From contig KZ537971.1 in the NCBI GenBank assembly GCA_000934665.2, forward strand, positions 170,496 through 190,495: DNA of 20,000 bases, written 5' to 3'. Source of the stretch: Catajapyx aquilonaris (Eukaryota). A program made the translations under genes and the position numbers. The notes under the pieces were generated by a model. That model made no database searches. It saw nothing but the letters and a program-made list of their open reading frames with translations, and was not told where the DNA came from. Shown one piece after another: positions 11,124 through 20,000 of this stretch. The stretch's first letter is position 1. Each line of letters begins with the position of its first letter.

Positions 11124-14100
11124 TTAATCATATTATTAGCGGGAATTTACAAACAGTTTATATTAGCAACAATAGGAATAGGAAACATAGTTTTTCTATT
11201 AATTTATCTAATAATTTCACTAATTAAGAGAGAAGCTGCCAATATTACCAGTATTGACTACTTTTTTTTGCATCTGACTTTGCAGAGTACTCCCAGGAGA
11301 ACTCGAGATGTTTAATAATCTTAACCAGTAGTGTCGCAAGATTTAATAACTCTAATGCCGAAAGCGAGAAAGTCTGAATAAATTGTTCCTAGCGAAAGTC
11401 AATGTCCCTGTATATCATCCTGGAAGGCAATAGAGTCAAATTTTCCAACAAGTTTCGAGCATAGTCTAGACTCACAGCTTCAATTTTATTCGCCCAGCGA
11501 AATTTTCTGCTTGGCCTCTCCTCTTTTCTCGGATGAATTAATGAAGAAACCGTCATTAAAAGTCCGAGGACCACAGATTGTTTGCTTTAGTTTGGGGAAT
11601 TGGGCTTGGCGTCGTTGTAAAAGGGGGGGGGGGGAGGCTGAGCAGGAAGAAGACCTGATTCCAGCGATGAGATGCGGGAGGGAAGAAGAAGAACCCCGGC
11701 AAAATTCCTGGAAGTTCTCCAGGAAAAGGGAACCTTGTACCTTCCTAATTCTATTCCGCTCTGCTTAATGTCCATTATTACGGACGGACTTCCAAAACCA
11801 ACTCGACTTCAAGCATTCACGCCACACTTTCCTGCGTTGACAAAAACGACTCTAACCGGACTAATTCAACACGCTTCCTGCTGACGAACTAAAGCCGCTT
11901 CTTATTCACAGTCCCGCAGCACTGCAAACGACTTCCCCGCGGAATAATCCGTACGCTGTAATTCTTTTGATGATGTAGCCACTTGTGCTTTGATGCATTA
12001 TACCTTTTTTTTCATATCCATGCCCTGCCCTCCCAATATTACAGCCGTTGATGGATTCGTGCCCATCAGACCGTACATGTGCAGCAGCCAAGTCCGAAGG
12101 TGAAAAGAAGCAGCACCATCTCACCTGATGAGCATCACAGATCCCCAGGACCCCAGAGTGAAGCAATCTGAAAAGACCTTCCTTCCTTTTCCCTTTCCTA
12201 TACACACTATACTTCCTTCTGCATCATCTGCAATGTAAATCCTATCCCGCCAGCTCCACCCCAAAAAAAAGGAGTTGCCCTGGAATCATTTTCCCGGCTC
12301 CCAAAAGCGAGCAAAAGGGATTTTCTCGGCGAGGAGACTCCTTTTCAAGCCAACCATCCCTTCGAAGTCCCCGAGGGCACTTCTCTCAGTGGTCAGCTGC
12401 TCCACCCTTCACCCTCTATCTCTCACCCTCCTCCCCTTCTACTTCTCTCTCACACCATTCCCGCACTCGCTGATGGCCTCTCATTTGCATTCCCCCGGAA
12501 GTACACATTGTTTCTTCTGGTTCACAAGCGGAGAGGGAATATCCACTTTGCCTATAGAGTGGTCAAGTGCTGTGCAAACTGCAACAGCAGTCAGATAAAT
12601 TTCTGAACTAAATTTTTTGTTACATCAATTTTCGCCAATAGCCGTTTTCAAACATTTCCTGCCATTATCTGGGGAGGTCCTAATACTGTAATTCCCACTA
12701 TTATTTTGCAGATTAATCCAGGTGGTACAGACATATTAAGAAGCATCTGAATGGAAAGTTGGGGCAGCGGGTCCGAAGGGGTTGAAATCTGTGCTGACGG
12801 ATATATCCCATTTCCCTTGGGCCAGCTCTTCCTTGATCCGGGGAAAGGCGAGGAGTAAATTTCAATCACGCCTGTACCCTCCCCCCCCCTCTCTCACTTT
12901 CTGGCACCCCCTCCTTCGCCCCCGCCATCGCGATTCCCTCCAGGATCTCCTTTCCTCTTTTCCCATTCTGGGCCCAACATCCGGACGCCCCCCAATTGTG
13001 ATTCCTTCCCTCAGCCTAAGTCCGGTCCAGGACCTCCTTCCCGACCCCAACAACGTTTTATCATCTCCTGTGAATCGAATTACCAATTCCTCTCCCCCTT
13101 CTAACTCCCACCTCTTCGTGCTATTCCTCCAAAAAAATCGTGGGAGAGAAGAGGGCAAAAGAAGATGAAAAAATAAATAAAAAAAAAAATGAAGGGTGGT
13201 AACTGCGGGTTAGCACCAATGAGTTTTCTTCACTTTGGGAAGTCAGAGCGAGTTTGGGAGGAAAGCAATTCTTGGTACACCTTAGGGGATAAATGGTGGT
13301 CTCTGCTTGTGGTTTTCCCTGCTCCTATAATTCGGGGAGGGCTGGTAACACCCGAGTTTGTTTCAAAGGCGACGAACTTCCCTTTTCCAGTTCAAACTAA
13401 GTTGCGATGGGGATATACGCAGCATGCAACCTCTGCAGGGACAGTATGCGAAAGTGACGTCATTCAACTTGTGAGTTGGGAGACCCCTCTGCCTCCAAAT
13501 CAAAGCTCCTTTCCCCCTACAACCTATACTTACTTCCGTTCACAGGGAGCCAGGTAGTGTCTAGCCTTAAGGGGACTCAAGCTCACCTATAAACTCCGCA
13601 ACCAATTACTTTGTCACAGGCACAACTTCTGCAGCAAGTTTCGGTCTAGGGTCTGCACGCAATAACGCCAAAGTTTGCCCCTGGCATAATTAATTGTCAT
13701 TCATTGCATATTAATCTCAGCCAGTGGTGTAAGAGGGGGTAGCGTTTTACTTATTAGCAACTCGATTGAGGCCTTGGTTTTGGCAGCAATTTGCTCCTCA
13801 TGAAGTGGTTTTATCCTGTGCCTTGAAAGGGGGAACCCGATTTGGACATGGCTTGGTGTCAGCTTAAGAGTGTGGGTGAAAGGCAGGCACACAAGCTGAT
13901 GTGTCTCAGCCTTTTATCGTCTTTGTTTGCGTCTTGCCCTTGTCTTTTACTGTAACCGCTTGCACTCAGCTGCCTATAGCTTTGTCTTTGTGGTTCGGTC
14001 CCTTTGGGATGCGTCTTTTCTCCTCGGGCATTGACGCTCTAAGTGATGTGCCAACTTGTAACCATCACTGCCATCTGTTGAATAAGTGAAGCTCTAACTG

Positions 14101-15557
14101 ATATAGCAAAAGTTGCAACACAAGATGCAGATATCACTCGCAATGCGATGTCATGTCCAGCAAAAAATAAATTCTGCTGTCATGCATGAAGCACTGTACG
14201 CTTCATACAGTGGAAGCCTGTGGCATTTTAATGAACATTTTCTGCTATTTTGCGTTCACATCCAGTCTAGCTGGTCCCTTATACGATGAGCACACTATTA
14301 GGTAATGAATTGACATTGTTTAGGCAGGTCAAGGCAGAAAGGCTTGAAAACTAGAAAAGATCACACCAAGTCTGAAAGGTAGCCTACTGTGGAAAGTACA
14401 AATGAGTGTTTCCATGTTCGTATCTGCCACGGTATTTTCATTTCATTTTGAATGCAAATGACGGGGGTTCGGAACTTTCCGACTACCCTGCATTCTGCAA
14501 GTATTAGGCTATGATGGAGAACCATTTAATAGCAAAGACAGTATGCTACTTTTATGCAATGATATAAGTCAGACACAGAAGATTATAGGCTATAGTTACA
14601 AAATAATGTAGACCTATGCAATCTAGGCTCAGGGTAACAAATTACTAAATATCGTTTTGAGAGAGAAAAACTACATATGTGTTTTGAACTTAATCGGATC
14701 TATTCTGGTGCCGAACTTGATATAAAGGGTAATGACGGTCATATCATCTTTAAAATGACAATGAATTAGAAGCATTACAACGATAAATTGTGAACATAAC
14801 ATTGCCATTATACCAGCAGGAAGCAAAAAAACTCGTCGCATGATCTGCATACTATTTTGCACACCACTGGTCGCAAGTCAAACCATGGACGAGGCCATGT
14901 TTTCACTCAGTGTCAAGGCAAACGGCAACGACCAAAAACAATGCCCTTCTCTGCGAATCCTTGCATTCATAGAAGACTAAAGTCGGCAGTGAGTTTTTAC
15001 GAGACTCCAGAACTGGATTTCCATAAGCACTGCGTCCCAGAGATATGAGCTCCTCGGCCACCTATAAGGCGATCGAATCCACGACCTCTCCCGGGGACTC
15101 GGGTGATCACCTCAGCACTCCCTTCAGAGATATGACCTCTCCCTCCCTCCCTCCTTCTTAGACACTGGAGCTACATGGAATCATTTATAGGCAGGGTCGT
15201 GATAGAAGCCAAGGAAAATGGTATGTGTATTATCAGAATACTTGAGACCCGGTCCGAGGGAAGATGAGATGGGCCTCGTGCCGTGCCAATGGCTCATCCT
15301 ACTTATTCTGGGCACGGGATTATTTGGGACGCCTTAGAAGGTTCGACATCAGTCAGTTTTCAGTACCAAAATTCACAGGGTGAGTCAGCTTTCTTGCAAT
15401 TAGACACATCTGCGTGGCACTCATTCTGGAAGCAATATAGTGACTAGTAGGTTGCTAGTAGGCCTATTTCCCGGATTTTCTTCAGGTATAAGACGAATCT
15501 TAGACTTATTCCAACTTGAAGTACCAAAATGCTCTGTACATTTTTTTTTTGCTTATA

Positions 15558-15756
15558 GGAGGCGTCGCTGCGGCGAACAATAAAAATTAAGTTTTGATTA
15601 TGTTCGCACTGCGTGCATACGAAATATCCTGCAATGCATCACGCGTTGTGCATGGTTGCTAGACATGTGGTGTGATACCCAGGATATTATCTATACACGC
15701 AAAGATAACGTATAATTGCTATTTGCTTTTTGTAGCACGCTGCAACGTCGCCTTCC
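15558..15756. mobile_element. Degenerate fold-back (palindromic) element, probable old MITE
   Basis: Outer arms: GGAGGCGTCGCTGCGGCGAACAATAAAAA versus revcomp GGAAGGCGACGTTGCAGCGTGCTACAAAAA. Inner arms: TGCGTGCATACGAAATATCCTG versus revcomp TGCGTGTATAGATAATATCCTG. No clear TSD. Confidence 0.55.
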
Positions 15757-15902
15757 AGCATGAAATGATGTATGTTATGGACTTATGGTCTTATACCAAG
15801 GAATCGACCTACCTGACGCAATGTAGAGTTAGTTACTGACCACTTGCATAATGTAAATAAATAAATAAATGGAGGGTTAGATGATACTATAACTTACGAG
15901 TA

Positions 15903-15987
15903 CAGGGGCGGATCCATGGGGAGGGGCGGGGGCAACATTAATGCAGAATAGTTCCTCCCCCAAAATTCATCTCTGGATCCGCCCATG
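15903..15987. mobile_element. Very short hAT-type MITE (85 bp) with perfect 8-bp TSD
   Basis: TIRs CAGGGGCGGATCCA / TGGATCCGCCCATG (13/14). TACGAGTA directly flanks both ends (15895-15902, 15988-15995). CAG termini with an 8-bp TSD are typical of hAT elements. Confidence 0.85.
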
Positions 15988-16481
15988 TACGAGTAATTAG
16001 AAATGTTGCAACCCACAGAACTACTCATTTTCAGCCGGAGGAGAGTATTAAACACCATTCTAATCAAAATGCAATCTTATCAGCAATATTCAGTATTCCA
16101 TTCATTAATGTCAATACATATTCAATTTTGGGCATTTGAAATTACCCTAAAGCCTAAACCGACCTGGTAACTACACAGAATAACACTCTATTATACTTCG
16201 CCAATAATTCAGATGTGGTAATTGAGCAGGTGCACGTGACAACTCCATGTATCGATGGATTTTTAAATCCGACTTCCTTATTTGGTCAAACAATACAGCA
16301 TTTTAGTGCAATCCTTTCCCAATTTTATTTCCGTGTGCACATTTTTAAATCGCGCCCTGGCAGAGCAGAAAAAGGCCAATCAATCATTCCTTTATGGTAC
16401 CATTGCACCGGTGTGGCATCAAAGCTTGATCAAAGCCCGATTAGATCCAGGTCTGCTGACATTATTATTTTTTCGACGAAC

Positions 16482-16520
16482 CAGTCAGTCATTCAGTCAA
16501 TCAGTGAGTCAGTTCACTCA
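16482..16520. repeat. Degenerate (CAGT)n microsatellite
   Basis: cagtcagtcattcagtcaatcagtgagtcagttcactca. Confidence 0.6.
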
Positions 16521-17610
16521 CACATTTAGCGAAAAACAGTGGTCAGAACAACCAGCATGTATTTTATGGACCAAACCCTCCAGTGTGAGCTTAATCCGTC
16601 ATTTATCATTGTAATCGTTGGTAATATTCCACTGAGGGGAAGAGTGACTAGGATTTAATTCAAATGGACCAAACCGGGGCATTTTTCCACCGCATTTTCC
16701 TAAGTTTTCAAGTGCAGCCTACTTGCCTTATTCAAAAGGTTAAAGAGAAGCCCAAACCTGTTTCTCAATATCTAGCTCTTATACTGCCATACTGGGCATT
16801 ATTATTGCACCAGTGTGTGTCATCCCCATCTCTTTCTTCAAAAGCCCAAGCCCTAGGCCACCATACATCAGGTCTGTCCCTGCCAATAAGGCCACATGCC
16901 CTGGGAACCGCAGTCAATCAATGGCCACCACGGCACGCCAACCTGTACTATAAAAATAAGCACTTACTCTGCTGGTAGCTTTGCGAGCCATCTTGATTGA
17001 CAGGCCAGCAGCAGCAGCAGTCCTTTCCTGGAAGAAGATGCAGGCCTCTCGTTTTCTGCAGGGATGATTGACGCGCACTTGCTTGTCAGGTGCAGCGGCT
17101 GAACATGCCAAATCTTGCTCAAATAGGAGACTGGAGGAGGGTTGCACCATACTTAGAAAGGGGGGAGTCAGCCTCACCTTGCCAAATTAAATTATCCACT
17201 GGGCAACACATAATTATTCAGGTAAATAGCAACAAAAGTAAATATCATTAGTCTGAGAGTTAGTCAAAAATATTATGAAGAGCTGCCATAGATTCCACTG
17301 GAGAAACTCATTCTCACCCAGCTTTCATTTGCATAAGTGATGGTTATTTTATTACCTTCATTACCCTACAAATAGCTGAATGCTGACAACATACGAAGTA
17401 GAATTATGTCAACCATGGGGCTGGTATACCCCAGGAGGCCCAGGTCAGCTGAGTACAAAGGGGAACATTTTAGTGATTTCCTCCTTCCTCGAAAATTATG
17501 GGCCAATTGTATCCATGTATCCTACCTAGAATGAATGCTTACAAGAATTGAACGTATACAAATTCCTGTGCAGAGGGGCAAAATGATTCACACGTTAGAA
17601 GGTGAACTGT

Positions 17611-17863
17611 CAATAAAACTTCTATAAGTCGAATGTCCGTGGGACCAGAAAAAATCTTCGAGCTATAGACGATTAGAGTTAGAGAAGTTTGGATTTTTTA
17701 AAACACATAACTCTACAACATCCCATCGTAAGGCCCTGCCTGCACTTCGAGTTATAGGAATTCGAGTTAGGGAAGTTTATTTCCTATTATTTTACATTGT
17801 GACCAACCAAGCTCATCATTTTCTTCAGCTTATAGAGAACTTCGACTTATAGAAGTTTTACTG
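17611..17863. mobile_element. Tc1/mariner-superfamily (pogo/Tigger-like) MITE, about 253 bp
   Basis: 23-bp TIRs: CAATAAAACTTCTATAAGTCGAA (17611-17633) and TTCGACTTATAGAAGTTTTACTG (17841-17863), 22/23. The right end is ACTG|TA and the left TA is degraded. Internal TIR-like repeats TTCGAG(C/T)TA occur at 17657, 17746 and 17761. Confidence 0.82.
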
Positions 17864-18131
17864 TATTACAGTACTAGCCCCTTGGTGAGAGAGAGGAGGG
17901 TTTCATTTTGTCTAGAAAGGAGTGAAGTGATACACTGCTCCCTCAGTGCAAGACTCCATACTCCCAATTTTTCTAGTTCTGGGAATAAAATAGTTCCCAC
18001 TATTCTACATTATTATCATGTAAAATAAAGACAAACCCTGCCTCATGCCAGCACGCCCCACCTTCTACTCGTCAAGCTACTGGGTGTGCATTTTCTAAAA
18101 TCTGTTCAACCCCTTCTATTAGTATTTTAAC

Positions 18132-18247
18132 CTACAGTATGATGCTAAACTCACTGTCAGTGCTGTCAGCACTGCTGATCTCTCCTATTGCCGCAATAGG
18201 AGATCTCAGCAGTAATGACAGCACTGAGTTTAGCAACATACTGCTAG
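18132..18247. repeat. Long imperfect palindrome (about 55-bp arms, 3-nt loop) about 250 nt downstream of the thioredoxin stop
   Basis: CAGTATGATGCTAAACTC..AGTGCTGTCAGCACTGCTGA..TCTCCTATTG-ccg-CAATAGGAGA..TCAGCAGTAATGACAGCACTGAGTTTAGCAACATACTG, with one 6-nt bulge from a local duplication. Confidence 0.9.
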
Positions 18248-18496
18248 AATACATCCCCATGGTACTTCTGCACCACTGACAGTGGACAGCTTCAGTGTTA
18301 ATTAATGACAATAATGCTGAAAGAAGAAAAAATTGAGGCATGCAGAAGATAAAAAAGGACAAAAGTACAAGGGCCAAGGAAATCACCCAAACACAGCAGG
18401 GCAACTAATTATCTTCTATTTATGTTCACAGGGCATTTTTGTGGGTGCACTCTTTGGTATATGTACAAGACCAGAATAAGCATAAAGGCAGATGCA

Positions 18497-18622
18497 TTAT
18501 TGTTTTGGGGCAGCCTGGACCTTGTCCACGAAAGACTTCAATTTGTCTGCATCCAGAACTCCAACAAACTTGTCTATGACCTTGCCACCCTTGAAGGCTA
18601 CGACAGTTGGAACAGCTGACAC
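18497..18622 (-). CDS. TXN2: Terminal coding exon of a mitochondrial-type thioredoxin (thioredoxin-2-like); partial gene, upstream exons including the WCGPC active site not found in the window
   Basis: Translates to VSAVPTVVAFKGGKVIDKFVGVLDADKLKSFVDKVQAAPKQ* (41 aa + TAA, 126 nt). This closely resembles the Trx2 C-terminus as I recall it from human ([35 protein letters not shown]), including the cis-Pro motif. On the minus strand it is preceded by the acceptor ...attatgattcttttccAG|GTG (AG at 18624-18623, phase 0). The N-terminal part of the ORF call 18497..18724 is intron read-through. Confidence 0.9.
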   Translation of the reverse strand: MSAVPTVVAFKGGKVIDKFVGVLDADKLKSFVDKVQAAPKQ

Positions 18623-19077
18623 CTGGAAAAGAATCATAATCTCAACAGTCGAAATACATAAATTTTCATCAAATACTTCAAGCTGAGCAATGAGTAATTT
18701 GAATTTAGTTGAATAATAAAACATAGTCCACTAAAAATGCAATGGATAGGACGGTTCAGGACACACAAAGCTGATTCACTGTGCCTGATCAGAGCTACAA
18801 TTTTCTTGAACATTTCCAAATTGTCCAAATTTGAGATTTTCTCGTTTGAACCTATCAGATGATGAACAAGTTTTCATCCATAAATGTTGAACTAATACCT
18901 CTACATCAGTGGTGCCAATAGTACATTAGGGAACAGATGTTGGCACCACAGTGGGTCACCTGACTGAAACCCAGTGTTCCCAATAGTACACGTGTTGGAA
19001 CCGCCGTGCATCGCCAAAAAATAACATTTCAAATTAACGCCCAAAATAATGTGTCGTATTTTCTTCTCACCGTTAGA

Positions 19078-19142
19078 TACTGCTAACTTAACATTACCAG
19101 TGCCAACACTGGTACTGCTAAGCATCTGCTAAGTTAGCAGTA
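19078..19142. repeat. Intronic palindrome/hairpin
   Basis: TACTGCTAACTTA (19078-19090) / TAAGTTAGCAGTA (19130-19142) pair perfectly over 13 bp. The inner stem is TACCAGTG-ccaa-CACTGGTA, and the bulge arises from a CTGCTAAG duplication. Confidence 0.85.
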
Positions 19143-19282
19143 ACTAGCAGTGAGACAAAAATTCCACCCAATGTCAATATGTCTCACCAACAAAGAAATA
19201 TAACACTTTTTCTAGAAGACAAAGTAAAAATATACGGTAAGTGTTATAATATTGATACGATCAAGCAGCATACTCTCTATAC

Positions 19283-19594
19283 CAGTGGATCCCAACCTTT
19301 TTCGAGTTGCAACCCCCTTTTATAATAGCCAAGTAACCTGCGATTCCCCCGCCCCCACATTTGCATAAAGAGGCATTTTTATAGGGTAAAGAAAACATAC
19401 GAAATGTTTTCCGACCATAATTATTATTACCTAATATTTAATTAACCCAACATTTAATGAAATCGTTGCACTTGCATCAGGCAAAGTAACAACTGCATAA
19501 TTAGCGACCGAGTGTTTGTTATTAATTTTAAAAAAAACCCACAACTACCCCCCAGAAAACCGTTCGCAACCCCCAGGTTGGATTGGGAACCAAT
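19283..19594. mobile_element. hAT (Charlie-like) non-autonomous element, about 310 bp, degraded
   Basis: Left end CAGTGGATCCCAACC, right end GGTTGGATTGGGAACCAAT (decayed GGTTGGGAACCACTG). Subterminal GCAACCCCC is present at both ends. The left flank CTCTATAC and right flank ATCTATAG/GTCTATAC resemble the Charlie NTCTAGAN target. Confidence 0.68.
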
Positions 19595-19627
19595 ATCTAT
19601 AGTCTATACCGTCTGTAGTCTCTGTAC

Positions 19628-19651
19628 CAGGGCTATTCAACTGGCAGACCG
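19628..19651 (+). mobile_element. Orphan hAT-like terminus
   Basis: CAGGGCTATTCAACTGGCAGACCG preceded by the target-like 8-mer CTCTGTAC. No partner TIR was found in the window. Confidence 0.35.
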
Positions 19652-19764
19652 TGACGTAAATGTCCAGACTGGGACGATATACAGGACAGTTTGAAATAGC
19701 ATTAGAAATTACTAATTCATTTTTTTTTTTTTGGAAAAGTGCTACCAACTTTATCAAAAATACA

Positions 19765-20000
19765 CACCCATTCAAATCTCCTACATTCACCTAAGCTCGT
19801 GTGACCTTCAACTTCCGCACAATGCGACATGAGCACTGTGGACCATCACAGAAAGTGCGTTCCAGGAAGCATTCCAACAATGGAAGAAAAAATTACAAAC
19901 TGTCTATCGCCAGTAGAGGGAACTACTTTGAAGGGGACAGTGCTTACAATGTTGCAAATTCAGCAATAGAGTCTGTATAGAAAAAGTTCGGTTTCTTTTT
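19765..20000 (+). mobile_element. Decayed mariner transposase C-terminus, probably running into the right TIR at the window edge
   Basis: From 19821 it reads NAT*ALWTITESAFQEAFQQWKKK, then after a frameshift IASRGNYFEGD (NYFEGD at 19921-19938). This matches the mariner C-terminal motif F..W..RW..C....G.YFE. A broken YSPDL..CD-like remnant lies at about 19780-19806. The in-frame stop, frameshift and internal deletion indicate a fossil. Confidence 0.85.

Larger units (their letters stand above)
18623..20000 (-). other. Intron upstream of the thioredoxin terminal exon (probably continues beyond the window)
   Basis: 3' splice site at 18623-18640 on the minus strand. No thioredoxin-like peptide (KVDID, WCGPC) is recognisable up to 20000, and the region is filled with TE relics. 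Confidence 0.7.

Noticed and set aside
12782..13557. 128-aa and 122-aa ORFs
   Set aside because: No recognisable homology; the first is explained by pyrimidine tracts and the second is within chance length.
15441..15459. let-7-like string TGACTAGTAGGTTGCTAGT
   Set aside because: The seed does not match (GAGGTAG absent) and there is no pre-miRNA hairpin partner.
18625..18724. N-terminal part of ORF 18497..18724 as coding
   Set aside because: Thioredoxin similarity begins exactly after the AG acceptor; the upstream part is intronic.

Overview
This is eukaryotic, almost certainly animal DNA (invertebrate-like) and nearly all non-coding. The only supportable gene piece is the terminal coding exon of a mitochondrial-type thioredoxin (TXN2/Trx2-like) on the minus strand at 18497-18622. 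It has a canonical splice acceptor, and no upstream exon is recognisable in the window. Mobile DNA I can delimit from the sequence: a tRNA(Ala)-derived SINE with 14-bp TSDs, a piggyBac-type MITE (TTAA), two hAT-type elements with 8-bp TSDs plus an orphan hAT-like end, a pogo/Tigger-like MITE, a decayed mariner transposase 3' end and a degenerate fold-back element. There is also a 25-bp minisatellite. Roughly 1-16.5 kb alternates CpG-rich, purine/pyrimidine-tract-rich islands with AT-rich spacers, which looks like a cis-regulatory landscape, whereas the thioredoxin end is strongly CpG-poor. The other listed ORFs look spurious. I cannot demonstrate a novel biological system. The best leads are two related palindromes flanking the thioredoxin exon, a hairpin + G-quadruplex cluster at about 5.9-6.2 kb, and clustered TF motifs.
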